Below, piece by piece: positions 28,824 through 39,139 of a DNA stretch of 64,000 bases. The stretch covers positions 1,015 to 65,014 of the forward strand of contig JANQQU010000087.1 in assembly GCA_028284905.1 (NCBI GenBank), in the 5' to 3' direction. Numbering within the stretch: the first letter of the stretch is position 1; each line of letters opens with the position of its first letter. The notes below the pieces were generated by a model that was not told the origin of the DNA, ran no database searches, and worked only from the letters and a program-made list of their open reading frames with translations. The position numbers and the translations under genes are program-made. This DNA comes from Calditrichia bacterium (GTDB lineage Bacteria > Calditrichota > Calditrichia > RBG-13-44-9 > J075).

Positions 28824-30950
28824 TTACCTGATTATCACTAATTTTCCAATTTTTTGGCCAGCGAGCTTATTACCATTAACATCTTTTTCCTGGACGTGAT
28901 ACAAATAGACACCACTGGTAACAAATTGATTTTCGGAAGTCAGCTGATCCCAGGATTCATCACCGGTGCCATTGTCATGCTCAATAACTCTCACGATTTC
29001 ACCGGAAATTGTGAAAATTGTAATGGTGCAAAAACCGGGCAGATTAACGAAAAGAATTTTATTATTCTCACCCGGGAAATTATTGGGATCATTAATGTTA
29101 TATGGATTTGGCACCGGCTCAATCAAACTCATATCCGGATTTTCTGCCGCGCCGACCTGCCTAAATGCCGGTAATTTGGTCATATTCCAAAATTTACTGC
29201 TTTCCAGCTTTTCGCCGGGATTAATTCCCCAGGTATTTTGCGTGCCATCATCAAAGGCGGTGCAGTAATAATAAGCGGCGGCACCACGGGGAACGTCTGT
29301 ATCGAAGTAGGAATTAGCAGTTCCCTCATAAATTTTTTCCCAGCCACCAACGGAATCATAGCGACCAATTTGGCGATACAAACGATATCCTTCAAAATCC
29401 AAAACGCCGGTATCGGGATCAGGAGTTTCAGCCGGATCATTACTCCAACTGATGTCGATGCCACCACCGGCATCGTAAACAAAAAGTGACGGCGACATTG
29501 GCGGATCCGGCACATTGAAATCGTTTTCGACTAAAAATTTTGCCTTGGCGGCTGATTTAAATAAGGAATCTCTACCGGTAGCCAATATTTGCTGCTTTGC
29601 TTCAAATCCGGTGTATGTCTGCCCGGTGGTAGGATTTGTCCAGGAAAAATCATCCGGATTTCCTCCATCAACGGCAGCTTTGTATTCAGCACCATATCTG
29701 GCCAGATCCTGCTGATTAACACCATTGACAATTTTCGCAAAAACAAAACGCCAGTCTTCGCCCGGCTGCATCTGATACGGGCCATACGACACATGCATAC
29801 TTAATTGATTTTCATTATGCCAGTTAGGATCGCCGGAATTTAGTCCGCCTTCCCAAACCGGTGTATCGCCACTGCCATCCCAGGAGCGAAGTTTGCTGGG
29901 ATATTCGGACATAAAATCATACATCCGATTAATACCGTTGCCAGGCTGTGTATTTGAAGGAGAAAAAGTATACCCTACCCACTGGGCGGATCGCGGTGCA
30001 GCAGGATCATTATTTTCATCGGTTGGACTGACATCAGCATGTATCGGAGAGATGCCAATGTAAGCACCGGAGAGCCACATGCCATTATCCGGGTCCGGGT
30101 CTCCGGTATCTTCAACATCAGGAGAATCATCTACATTATCGCCATCCCAGGCGTAAAATAATTTCAGGGAATCTCCGGGATCTGCGCCATAATATTCTGC
30201 AAATTCATGGGTATGCCATTCTCTGGTACCGACAGCAAGGTGGCCTTCCCGGGAAATCGTCGGCCGTAAGCTGTAATCAAAATAAACATTGGTTAATTCC
30301 TGGTTTGCTAATTCAAGCGTATCATTCAGATTGATATTTCCGGTGTTGGTAAAAACCGTTTCAACAATGATCATATTATCAAAATGATGATTTGTGTAAG
30401 CATAGGCTCTTTGCAAAATATCTACACCGATGTCTGTCCGGGTCTGGTTTTCAATCATTTGATCAGAAACCAGATTGGGGCGTAGCTCGTCCCCATCTCC
30501 CGGCGGAAACAATTCGGTAAGCACGATGTCATTTACGACAACTCCGGGAGGTTCTTGCCGGAAAACCTTTTTAATGTATACCGGAATACTAATGTTAACT
30601 TCATCCCAGAACCACCAGCCGACTTCAGAAACATGCTCGTTTTTGACATCACCGTTTTCATCTGTCCAGGGACTGGCGCCAATCCAATACGAGCTGGCAC
30701 TAGCATTAACAGGTCCCTCAAATCTATGGCCACTATTCCAGGGCTCTGCCATATTGCGATTGGCAGGCCATATCATAAAGGACTTATAGGGTTGTTGCCA
30801 GCTATATTGCCAGGGATGCGCGCTTGATGCATAAAAAGTATCCCATAAGCTACCAATTTCAAATGACCTGAATGTCTGGCCTTGAACGGAACTTAGCACC
30901 CCCGAACAGAGAAATAAACCCGCGAATAAAAGAAACAACTTGTTTTTCAT
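28824..30950 (-). CDS. Secreted TBDR-associated protein of unknown function with variant sorting tail
   Basis: Signal peptide, FnIII-like FEGYRLYR, tail VPNPY...FVNLPGFCTITIFTISG...SGVYLYHV; lies between the TBDR and the PorV-like gene. Confidence 0.7.
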   Translation of the reverse strand: MKNKLFLLFAGLFLCSGVLSSVQGQTFRSFEIGSLWDTFYASSAHPWQYSWQQPYKSFMIWPANRNMAEPWNSGHRFEGPVNASASSYWIGASPWTDENGDVKNEHVSEVGWWFWDEVNISIPVYIKKVFRQEPPGVVVNDIVLTELFPPGDGDELRPNLVSDQMIENQTRTDIGVDILQRAYAYTNHHFDNMIIVETVFTNTGNINLNDTLELANQELTNVYFDYSLRPTISREGHLAVGTREWHTHEFAEYYGADPGDSLKLFYAWDGDNVDDSPDVEDTGDPDPDNGMWLSGAYIGISPIHADVSPTDENNDPAAPRSAQWVGYTFSPSNTQPGNGINRMYDFMSEYPSKLRSWDGSGDTPVWEGGLNSGDPNWHNENQLSMHVSYGPYQMQPGEDWRFVFAKIVNGVNQQDLARYGAEYKAAVDGGNPDDFSWTNPTTGQTYTGFEAKQQILATGRDSLFKSAAKAKFLVENDFNVPDPPMSPSLFVYDAGGGIDISWSNDPAETPDPDTGVLDFEGYRLYRQIGRYDSVGGWEKIYEGTANSYFDTDVPRGAAAYYYCTAFDDGTQNTWGINPGEKLESSKFWNMTKLPAFRQVGAAENPDMSLIEPVPNPYNINDPNNFPGENNKILFVNLPGFCTITIFTISGEIVRVIEHDNGTGDESWDQLTSENQFVTSGVYLYHVQEKDVNGNKLAGQKIGKLVIIR

Positions 30951-30981
30951 TTTAAATCTCCAAATGTTCTCAATTATTTTT

Positions 30982-33843
30982 TTACAAATTGACCCGTAAT
31001 CCTAACTCTATCGAGCGGGGGAATAAAAATTTGGCCCATTCGTTCTCTTTACTTACGTTAAAGTCCAGATGCTCATTCTCACCATTTTCAGGATAGATAC
31101 CAACTCTGTCGCCTTCGCGTAACGATCCAATGTAGCTAAGCCATTGTGATCCATCCATAACCCAACGGTTTAAATATTTTTGATTGAAGAGGTTGTTTAC
31201 CACCATATAGAAGGCGGGCTTAACATTATAGACATCAAATTTCTTTGACAGTCGTAAGTTCGTATTAGAGCGGGGAACCCACTGATAATCATTTTGTTCT
31301 GGCGTGGTTGGGTCATTATAACCGCCACCCTCTCTCCAGGTATACAAGAGATTTAACGCCCAACCGCCCCATATTTGACCATAATCTGTCGGTGTGTGAA
31401 GGTCTACTGATGCTCTGAAAGAAGGTCGGGAAAGCGGCCGGGCTGCAACCGCGTCAGCTCTTTCTCTATTATTAATAAGTGCATCACTGATCAGAGAGAA
31501 GCCAGTATTGACATTCGTCGTTTTTACCCAGTTATAGTTTACCCAGCCATGAAAGAATCGACCATATGTCTTTTCAGCTCTGAACTCCAATCCGAAAATA
31601 TCTTCATAGTTCTGGCTGGTATAAGTATCATAATTCACAGTACCATCGGCGCTAACGTAGTTCACTACCCCTGTTTGATCAGAGATATTTCTATAATATC
31701 CTGCAAAGTGTAACAACACTGCATCGAGGAGATTCTGATCATATCCGAGCTCATAGGCAACGGTTCTGGGAATTTCTAAATTCGGGTTACCCAATAACTC
31801 CAGTTTTGTTTGTCCGGCAGATCCAATTCGAACACCATAATATTGGTTATTGGTTGGCACAGAATAAAAATGACCGTAGTTAAAATAGATCTTCGTGTTC
31901 TTACCAATAGGATGGGATACCCCTAATCTTGGTTGCAGATTAAGCTGCGATTTGGATTTTTCACCGGGTGCTTCAGAAAGGCTGTCGATTAACTGAGCGC
32001 TATAATACGGGGAGAATGGATCCGTATGATATTTACCATCGGCATCATTGTAATCCATTCTCAGGCCGAAATTAGCAATCATCCCTTCCCATTCCAGTTT
32101 GTTCTGGATGAAAGCAGAAGCTCTTACCGGATTTCGTGTATATTTTTGGATGATCTCTACCTGATTGGTAATCTCACTATATCTCATATTTTCTTTCAAA
32201 TCTGAGTAGACTACCTCAACCCCCGCTTTCACATTGTTTGCGGTATTAATTTGACTTTGGATATCAAATTTCGCTCTCCAGGTTGTTATCGAAGACGAGT
32301 CGAGCGTCGCTGGCCAGCCCAGGGTTCTATAGACACCCAACTGATCCTGAATACGCGGTGCATCGTAATGGCCCCAGGGCGTTTCATCCAGCCATTCGCC
32401 GGAGTTTGGTAGTTGAAATAAATCGCTTGTATCTCTTGGCACAAATGTTCTTCTGTCATCCAGTGTGCTGAATCTTTCAATCTGGGCATTATAAAAGGTT
32501 TTTTGACTCAGCGTGTGGGTCATTCTTGCTGAAACCATTGCCGTGGTTTGTTTAAAGGGAGAATAACCCATCTGATATTTAAAAACATGCGCATCATTCC
32601 ACCAATCGGCCAAACCGATAAAGTTGCGACTCAACCCTCTCTGGGGCCCAAGCCAGTTCTGCACACTATACAGGCCGGTGACATTCAATTTGATACGGTT
32701 ACTGAGCCAGGAGGTCAGCTTCAATTGATAGGAGGATATCTCTCTGCTGAGTTGGCTCCGTGATGTTGTTTGATAGTAGGGCACAATCGATGCTTGCGAT
32801 TCAACTCTTCCACTAAAGAAAAAGCTGGTTCTGTCCAACATGGGAATCGGTCCACCAAAACTACCCTCTACCTGGTAATCCGCTGGCCCTTCTTTTCCGT
32901 ATTTTACCGGACGATGAAACCATTCCCATTTAGCCCGCGCATCCTCTGCAGTAATATCGTTGTCGGGAATTTCATCATTGTTAAGTCTTTCGGCAAAGGC
33001 AATCCACCCTTCAAAGGTTTCGTCACCCTCCATGTTCTCTACACCGCCCCAGCGATTCCAATCCTGGGTCCAGTATTTATCATCGCCAAAGTGCTTGTAA
33101 TGCGGGGGAGATCCTCTGAAATCAAAGGAGGCTGTATACTTGTCACCCCCTTCTTTTGTGTTTAGCTGCAACATTCCCGATCGCACATTGCCGTATTCCG
33201 CATTGAATCCACCGGTAATAATATCAACCGATTCGACCGCCGATAATGGTACATTCAAGAAAGGCCTGTTCCGGCGCTCATCATTCAATGAAGCACCATC
33301 AACCAGCATTAAAATCTGGTCTCCACCGCCACCGCGCATTACGATATCTTCAGCTGTTGGGCCAGATTCAATACCTGCTTGCACTCTCAGGAGGTTCCGG
33401 ACATCTCTGATCGGTGAATTTTCCATTGCTTCAGCAACGACTACAGAAACCTTACTTGATGCGACATCCAAAGGAACGACTTCCCGTTCAGCGACAACAA
33501 CAACTTCATTTCCAGCGACCGATTCTGTTTTCATTGGAAAATCAACGATTGTCGTTCGATCCGCATTAACACGTACCGCTGTTACATTTGTAGTCGCATA
33601 GCCAATCATTTCCGCTATAACTGCGTATGAACCCGGGGGGATATTAAGTATAAAATAATTCCCGTCTATATCCGTGGAGGCCCCTAAATGTGTTCCTTGA
33701 ATATAAACATTTACGCCAACCATCTTTTCGCCGGTTTCTTCATCTGTAACTGTACCAGCAATTTTTCCTGTAGTTGCCGCAAATGTAAGTGAAGAAAACA
33801 ATAGTAGAAAAACTACATAAATTAGAGTAATTTTCCTGAACAT
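30982..33843 (-). CDS. TonB-dependent receptor with carboxypeptidase-regulatory-like N-domain
   Basis: TGKIAGTVTDEETGE, GGFNAEYGNVRSG plug motif, C-terminal PRSIELGLRVNL; start at 33843 follows a ggagg RBS. Confidence 0.88.
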   Translation of the reverse strand: MFRKITLIYVVFLLLFSSLTFAATTGKIAGTVTDEETGEKMVGVNVYIQGTHLGASTDIDGNYFILNIPPGSYAVIAEMIGYATTNVTAVRVNADRTTIVDFPMKTESVAGNEVVVVAEREVVPLDVASSKVSVVVAEAMENSPIRDVRNLLRVQAGIESGPTAEDIVMRGGGGDQILMLVDGASLNDERRNRPFLNVPLSAVESVDIITGGFNAEYGNVRSGMLQLNTKEGGDKYTASFDFRGSPPHYKHFGDDKYWTQDWNRWGGVENMEGDETFEGWIAFAERLNNDEIPDNDITAEDARAKWEWFHRPVKYGKEGPADYQVEGSFGGPIPMLDRTSFFFSGRVESQASIVPYYQTTSRSQLSREISSYQLKLTSWLSNRIKLNVTGLYSVQNWLGPQRGLSRNFIGLADWWNDAHVFKYQMGYSPFKQTTAMVSARMTHTLSQKTFYNAQIERFSTLDDRRTFVPRDTSDLFQLPNSGEWLDETPWGHYDAPRIQDQLGVYRTLGWPATLDSSSITTWRAKFDIQSQINTANNVKAGVEVVYSDLKENMRYSEITNQVEIIQKYTRNPVRASAFIQNKLEWEGMIANFGLRMDYNDADGKYHTDPFSPYYSAQLIDSLSEAPGEKSKSQLNLQPRLGVSHPIGKNTKIYFNYGHFYSVPTNNQYYGVRIGSAGQTKLELLGNPNLEIPRTVAYELGYDQNLLDAVLLHFAGYYRNISDQTGVVNYVSADGTVNYDTYTSQNYEDIFGLEFRAEKTYGRFFHGWVNYNWVKTTNVNTGFSLISDALINNRERADAVAARPLSRPSFRASVDLHTPTDYGQIWGGWALNLLYTWREGGGYNDPTTPEQNDYQWVPRSNTNLRLSKKFDVYNVKPAFYMVVNNLFNQKYLNRWVMDGSQWLSYIGSLREGDRVGIYPENGENEHLDFNVSKENEWAKFLFPRSIELGLRVNL

Positions 33844-34007
33844 AACATCTACCTCCAAATTGTTAGTACTAACAGAAATTATAAAGCTGTCTTGGTTCTT
33901 TCTTTATCTCTTTCAAGCTTGATTCCGGCAAGACCGGTTGAACACTTGATATATTGAAATTTAATCTTAAGCCACATCATACAGATCGTAATAAATGCCA
34001 GATTCAA

Positions 34008-34023
34008 TGTATAATGTATACAT
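34008..34023. promoter_or_regulatory. FadR-type operator upstream of the TBDR operon
   Basis: tgtataatgtatacat, 1 mismatch to the consensus. Confidence 0.65.
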
Positions 34024-34105
34024 GTCTAAATAAAATTTTATTCCTGCATATACATTTAAAATCATTGACAAATTTTCTTTCACATTAAACTTGCGGCAAA
34101 AAATC

Positions 34106-34828
34106 CTACTCATTTTTGTCATCACCTAAATGTTGTTCATCCCAGTGCATTTTGGCGGTATTCATGTGATTCGCCATTGCATTATATGCTTCTTCTTCAT
34201 TCTGCTCCGCTATGTGCTTAATTATTTGCTGATGATCGTGGATTGCAGCTTCAGGAGCGCGGGACAGTTGAAAATTTTCTATAATAAAAGTATCCAGCAT
34301 GCAGTAAATTGGTTCCATAATAATAGGAATAATCGGATTATCAGTTGAAGCAGAGAGGATGCGATGAAAGTTCATATCATGCTGAGCCATTACCAGGCGA
34401 TCTTCTCTGGTATCGATCATTTTTTGTAGACTCGCATTTAAATCTTCCAAATTTTTGTCTGTGCGGTTCTTAGCAGCCAGTCGAGTTATCTCAGGCTCAA
34501 AACTCATTCGGGCATGCATGAGATACAAAAGACTCATGTCACCAAATTTCAATTGCATTAAATTGGCAAATGGATTGACAACGCTGGAAACTTCAGTACC
34601 GGAAACAAAGATGCCATACCGGCCATTAACTTTAATCAGCCCTTCTCCTGCAAGTCGATGAATTGCTTCCCGTATAGCTGTTCTTGAGACCTCAAATGTT
34701 GAAACTAATTCGTTTTCGCTGGGTAAACGTTCGCCAGGCTTAAAGACCTTTTTAAGTATCGACTCTTTGATCTGCTCTTCTACTTTTCTGGCCAGGGGTT
34801 TATTTTGTTTGATTTTTTTTAAAGCCAT
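34106..34828 (-). CDS. GntR/FadR-family transcriptional regulator
   Basis: PGERLPSENELVSTFEVSRTAIREAI; FCD domain DMNFHRILSASTDNP; start set to MALKK at 34828. Confidence 0.92.
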   Translation of the reverse strand: MALKKIKQNKPLARKVEEQIKESILKKVFKPGERLPSENELVSTFEVSRTAIREAIHRLAGEGLIKVNGRYGIFVSGTEVSSVVNPFANLMQLKFGDMSLLYLMHARMSFEPEITRLAAKNRTDKNLEDLNASLQKMIDTREDRLVMAQHDMNFHRILSASTDNPIIPIIMEPIYCMLDTFIIENFQLSRAPEAAIHDHQQIIKHIAEQNEEEAYNAMANHMNTAKMHWDEQHLGDDKNE

Positions 34829-34873
34829 CTCTATTCCGATTGCCAGGGAGTTTATTAAACATTTCAATGTATC

Positions 34874-34889
34874 TTGTATACATTATACA
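34874..34889. promoter_or_regulatory. FadR-type operator (autoregulatory position)
   Basis: ttgtatacattataca, identical to 35309-35324. Confidence 0.7.
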
Positions 34890-35266
34890 CACACCCATTA
34901 TATAAAATACTTTTTAAAAAGTCAAAAAAAATATTTTTAAAATTAGTCTAAGACCAAAACAGCTTCGAAGAAAAGATCGCTAATCCTATTAAAAACAGTT
35001 TTATCTCATCCATATTGTTTAATTAATAATCTCATTAATTTTATACTTGTAAAGAGTTTTTCGCGTAGAACAGGCCATTTACTCTATATATACATAACTG
35101 TATATCAGTAAAGGGGGACTGCATACAGCCTGGATCAAAACCCTACCTTTATAACGCGTAATCTCCAGCGATTTAAACGATATAGTAAACCCTGTATGCT
35201 CAAGAACCAGACCATAAAAAAGCCCCCCTCCTTCAGTCGTTAAAAAGACTGCTGAATATTTTATGC

Positions 35267-35295
35267 TTGACATTGTGAGTCGGAGTGTCTATAAT
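35267..35295 (+). promoter_or_regulatory. Consensus sigma70 promoter for the anhydrogalactose operon
   Basis: TTGACA (35267-35272), 17-bp spacer, TATAAT (35290-35295). Confidence 0.8.
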
Positions 35296-35308
35296 CTACA
35301 AAAGTATT

Positions 35309-35324
35309 TTGTATACATTATACA
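35309..35324. promoter_or_regulatory. FadR-type operator just downstream of the predicted transcription start
   Basis: ttgtatacattataca, 13 bp past the -10 box. Confidence 0.75.
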
Positions 35325-35469
35325 TTGCACTGTGTTTTAAAGCGACCTGAATTTATTTGCTGAATGATATTTTTTGAGCGGTATGGCTTTTTCTAGTCAG
35401 GATTATTCGGAAGATCAAAGACGCTTTGTTCAATTAGGAATTAAATATTCGCAGACAGGGGACCACAGG

Positions 35470-36600
35470 ATGAGAATTAAAGAGGTGACACATTATATTA
35501 TTTCGCATAAACTTGATGAAAGTTTTTATTTCTCCCAGTGGCACTATGATCGAAGAACAATTTGCCTGGTAAAAGTGACGACAGATGAAGGACTTTATGG
35601 ATGGGGTGAAGGATATGGCCCTGCGGGCATCATCAAAGCCGGAATTGACTTTTTTGCACCATTACTCATTGGTAAAGATCCACTTCAGCAAGAAAATATT
35701 TGGCGGCTAATGCATTTAAGATCTTTAGACTTCGCACGCCGTGGCGTTATGCTTTCGGCCCTCAGTGCATTAGATATCGCTTTGTGGGATCTGAAAGGGA
35801 AAATTTTGAAACAACCGGTATCGGTGCTTCTCGGCGGCAGAAAACGTGAGAAAGTGAAAGCCTATGCTACCGGATTATATTTCAGGGAATCAGAAAATCT
35901 CGCGCAAGAATTAGCGGAAGAGGCGTTATTCTACAAAAACGCCGGTTTTGAAGCAGTAAAGATGAAAGTAGGTTTGAACATACGTGCAGACATTGAAAAT
36001 GTGAAAGCAGTTCGGGAAATATTAGGCCCGGATATCGAACTGATGGTCGATGCCAATCATGCTTATTCCTTAAGGGAAGCGATTCAGCTTGCAAACGCTA
36101 TAGAGCCCTATAATATTTCCTGGTTTGAAGAACCGATAAGCCCGGAGGAGTATGATAATTATCGAGAACTTCGCTTGAGAACAAAGATACCAATTGCCGG
36201 CGGAGAATGCGAATATCTTCGTTTTGGCTTCCAAAATTTGTTTATTAATCGCTGTGTCGATATCGCTCAGCCGGATGTTTGTGCGACCGGCGGCATTACT
36301 GAATTCAAAAAGATTATGAGCAGTGCACAAACATTTGGCGTCGATGTTGTTCCTCATTCCTGGGGAACAGGCATCGCCTTAAGTGCGGCATTGCATCTTA
36401 TCAGTAATTGGGATACCATTCCGGGACGATTATATGAACCGGAACCGCTGATTGAATTTGATCGGACTGAAAACCCCTTGAGAGATGATCTGATTAAACC
36501 AAGATTCTCCCTGGAGAATGGCCGTTTGGATGTGCCAACGACTCCCGGTTTAGGGATCGATGTTGATATGAATCTATTAAGTAAATATGTATCGAAGTAA
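35470..36600 (+). CDS. Mandelate racemase/enolase superfamily enzyme, DauB-like 3,6-anhydrogalactonate cycloisomerase candidate
   Basis: KMKVG, DAN, WFEEP, GE, QPD and PH motifs; adjacent to the ALDH in a galactan locus; start set to MRIKE at 35470. Confidence 0.75.
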   Translation: MRIKEVTHYIISHKLDESFYFSQWHYDRRTICLVKVTTDEGLYGWGEGYGPAGIIKAGIDFFAPLLIGKDPLQQENIWRLMHLRSLDFARRGVMLSALSALDIALWDLKGKILKQPVSVLLGGRKREKVKAYATGLYFRESENLAQELAEEALFYKNAGFEAVKMKVGLNIRADIENVKAVREILGPDIELMVDANHAYSLREAIQLANAIEPYNISWFEEPISPEEYDNYRELRLRTKIPIAGGECEYLRFGFQNLFINRCVDIAQPDVCATGGITEFKKIMSSAQTFGVDVVPHSWGTGIALSAALHLISNWDTIPGRLYEPEPLIEFDRTENPLRDDLIKPRFSLENGRLDVPTTPGLGIDVDMNLLSKYVSK

Positions 36601-36618
36601 CCATAATAAGAGGGAAAT

Positions 36619-38055
36619 ATGGATTTTGGTTATCATAAACTTTATATCAACGGCGAGTTGACAGAGGCCGCTGCCGGCGAAAAATTTACTGTCGTTTGCC
36701 CGGGAACAGAAGAAAGTGTTGCGGACATCGCCTGGGCTTCCAGTGCTGATGCAGAATATGCCCTGAAAAGCGCACAGCGTGGTTTTGAGTTATGGTCAGC
36801 CCTTTCTCTCAAGGAACGCACAGAGTGGATGCATAAACTTAGAGCTGCCGTCATAGAAAAACAGCAGCTCTTGCGCGAAAGCATTATGTATGAGATGGGG
36901 AAAACCTGGGAAGGCACCGAGGAAGATTATGAAACGGTAATTAACGCGCTGCAATGGTATCCGGAAGAAATGAAAAGAACCCGGGACCAGGCGCTGCCGG
37001 ATGAAGATAACACATTTAGTCATCAGTTAGTTTCACAACCTGCCGGGGTTGTAGTGGCATATCTGGCCTGGAATTTTCCTTTGTTAAATTTGGGATTTAA
37101 ACTGGGCCCGGCGCTTGCGGCCGGTTGTAGCTTAATTATCAAACCTTCTCCAGTCTCCCCCCTTTCAGCATACCTGATTGGTGAAATATGCTATGAAATA
37201 GGATTGCCTCCCGGCGTTGTGAATATACTCTGTGGACCCGATGCGGAAATTGGTAGCAACTTATCCGGCAGCAAGATCCCGCGGGTCATTACCATGATCG
37301 GCTCTTCTGCAACCGGCCGAAGAGTCATTGCCGATAGTGCGACATCTATTAAAAAAATTAGCATGGAACTAGGTGGCAACGCCCCTGCGATGGTATTTGA
37401 GGATGCGGATTTAGACCAGGCTGTTCAGGAAATAGCTGCCCTTAAATTTGGGAATACTGGCCAGGTATGTGTTTCCCCGAACCGGATTTTTATCCATAAA
37501 ACAATTTTCAATGAATTTGAAGAAAAATTTTTGGAGAAGGCCCGGGCGGTAAGGGTTGGATTTGGCAAAGCGGATAAACCGACAATGGGACCGCTGGTTA
37601 ATAGTCAGGCCCGGGAAAGAATCCAGGAAATGGTGGCAGATGCGCTGGAAAAAGGTGCTGAAATCATCTGCGGTGGCAAAATACCGGATGGACAAACGAG
37701 AGGCTATTTCTACGAGCCAACAGTTATTAAAAATGTTACCGCAGAAATGAGAATCGTTAAGGAAGAAGTTTTTGGGCCGATTGCAACGCTTATCCCATTC
37801 GAAGGTGGGGAGGAAATTGTTGAACAGGCCAACGATACCGAACACGGGCTCGCTGCTTATCTGTACACCCGGGATGTCAATCGAATTCGTTATATCACGG
37901 AAAAATTGCAGTTTGGGGACATTATGGTAAATGGCTTTAAGTATGCCATTTATTTACCGCATGGTGGTATTAAAGAAAGCGGTGTCGGTAAAGATTGTTC
38001 TCATCTGGCCCTGGATGATTATCTGGTCGTTAAGCGGATCACTATTAAACATTAA
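36619..38055 (+). CDS. NAD-dependent aldehyde dehydrogenase, DauA-like 3,6-anhydrogalactose dehydrogenase candidate
   Basis: AWNFP, KPS, ELGGNAP, GQVC, EEVFGP motifs; genomic context. Confidence 0.78.
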   Translation: MDFGYHKLYINGELTEAAAGEKFTVVCPGTEESVADIAWASSADAEYALKSAQRGFELWSALSLKERTEWMHKLRAAVIEKQQLLRESIMYEMGKTWEGTEEDYETVINALQWYPEEMKRTRDQALPDEDNTFSHQLVSQPAGVVVAYLAWNFPLLNLGFKLGPALAAGCSLIIKPSPVSPLSAYLIGEICYEIGLPPGVVNILCGPDAEIGSNLSGSKIPRVITMIGSSATGRRVIADSATSIKKISMELGGNAPAMVFEDADLDQAVQEIAALKFGNTGQVCVSPNRIFIHKTIFNEFEEKFLEKARAVRVGFGKADKPTMGPLVNSQARERIQEMVADALEKGAEIICGGKIPDGQTRGYFYEPTVIKNVTAEMRIVKEEVFGPIATLIPFEGGEEIVEQANDTEHGLAAYLYTRDVNRIRYITEKLQFGDIMVNGFKYAIYLPHGGIKESGVGKDCSHLALDDYLVVKRITIKH

Positions 38056-38122
38056 TATTAGGCGTTCATTTGCTTTGACAAAGAAGTAAATAAGGATACT
38101 CCGAATGCCAAACACTTTTATT

Positions 38123-38218
38123 AGCCACTGATTATCACGGATTTACACGGATTATAAAAATGGTCAATTATTAATGAATACTTTTAAAATCTGTGTTCAT
38201 CTGTGCAAATCCGTGGCT
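38123..38218. repeat. Imperfect inverted repeat, cacgga-type REP/MITE-like element
   Basis: agccactgattatcacggatttacacggatt versus aatctgtgttcatctgtgcaaatccgtggct; same family as 15558. Confidence 0.7.
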
Positions 38219-38241
38219 TCAATAACGGGCAAAATATTGTA

Positions 38242-39018
38242 ATGGTACAAGAGAATAAACTAAGAAAACGTTTAAGAACGGGGGAAACGGTTTTTGGGCC
38301 GTTTCTAAAGCTTGCTGATCCCGCGATTATAGAGATAGCCGGATCAGCCGGTTTTGACTTTGCAATTATCGATACCGAACACGGGCCGCTCTCCATCGAA
38401 AGCGCACAGAACCTGGTCCGGGCTGCAGAGAATAAGGGAATAACACCGATTATTCGTGTGCTCAATAATGACCATGGTTCAATCCTGCGCGCATTGGATA
38501 TCGGTGCTCATGGCGTCCAAGTGCCGCAGGTGTCCACTGAAAAGCAAGCAAGAAATGTCGTCGCAGCGGTCAAGTTTTTTCCGGAAGGCGAGCGTGGGGT
38601 TTGCCGGTTTGTCCGAGCGGCCGAATATTCTTCCATGGATAAATTTGAGTATTTCAAAGCTGCTAACCGGGAAACAGTGGCAATTATTCACGTCGAAGGC
38701 ATTGAAGGGATAAACAACCTCCCGGATATTTTAACCGTTGAAGGTCTCGATGTCGTATTTCTCGGTCCTTATGACCTCTCCCAAGCCTGTGGTGTAACCG
38801 GACAGGTCGATCACCCCAAAGTCGTGGAGAAAATGCAATCGGCGGTTAACCTCGCCAGGGAAAAAAATATTGCTGTCGGCACTTTTGTAGAAAGCAGTGA
38901 AACCGCCGAAATGTGGATAAATCTGGGAGTGCAATATATCTCCTACTCGGTCGACGTGGGCATTTTCTTCTCAGCGTGTGCAAATATTCTTGATGGCTTG
39001 AAGCGCGTCGCCAGGTAG
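38242..39018 (+). CDS. HpcH/HpaI class II pyruvate aldolase
   Basis: DTEHG, IIRV, HVEG, FLGPYDLS motifs; start set to MVQEN at 38242. Confidence 0.88.
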   Translation: MVQENKLRKRLRTGETVFGPFLKLADPAIIEIAGSAGFDFAIIDTEHGPLSIESAQNLVRAAENKGITPIIRVLNNDHGSILRALDIGAHGVQVPQVSTEKQARNVVAAVKFFPEGERGVCRFVRAAEYSSMDKFEYFKAANRETVAIIHVEGIEGINNLPDILTVEGLDVVFLGPYDLSQACGVTGQVDHPKVVEKMQSAVNLAREKNIAVGTFVESSETAEMWINLGVQYISYSVDVGIFFSACANILDGLKRVAR

Positions 39019-39139
39019 AAGCAAGCTCTTTGAAACCAATAATCTGAGCGGCTATAACCTCGCATCTACGCTAATTTAATCTCAATCAAGGATGACTAGC
39101 AATTATTTCAAACATTTATTTTTGAAGGGTTTAAGAGCT

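Noticed and set aside
35079-35273. 64-aa ORF in the divergent promoter region
   Set aside because: Overlaps the -35 box and has no recognisable features.
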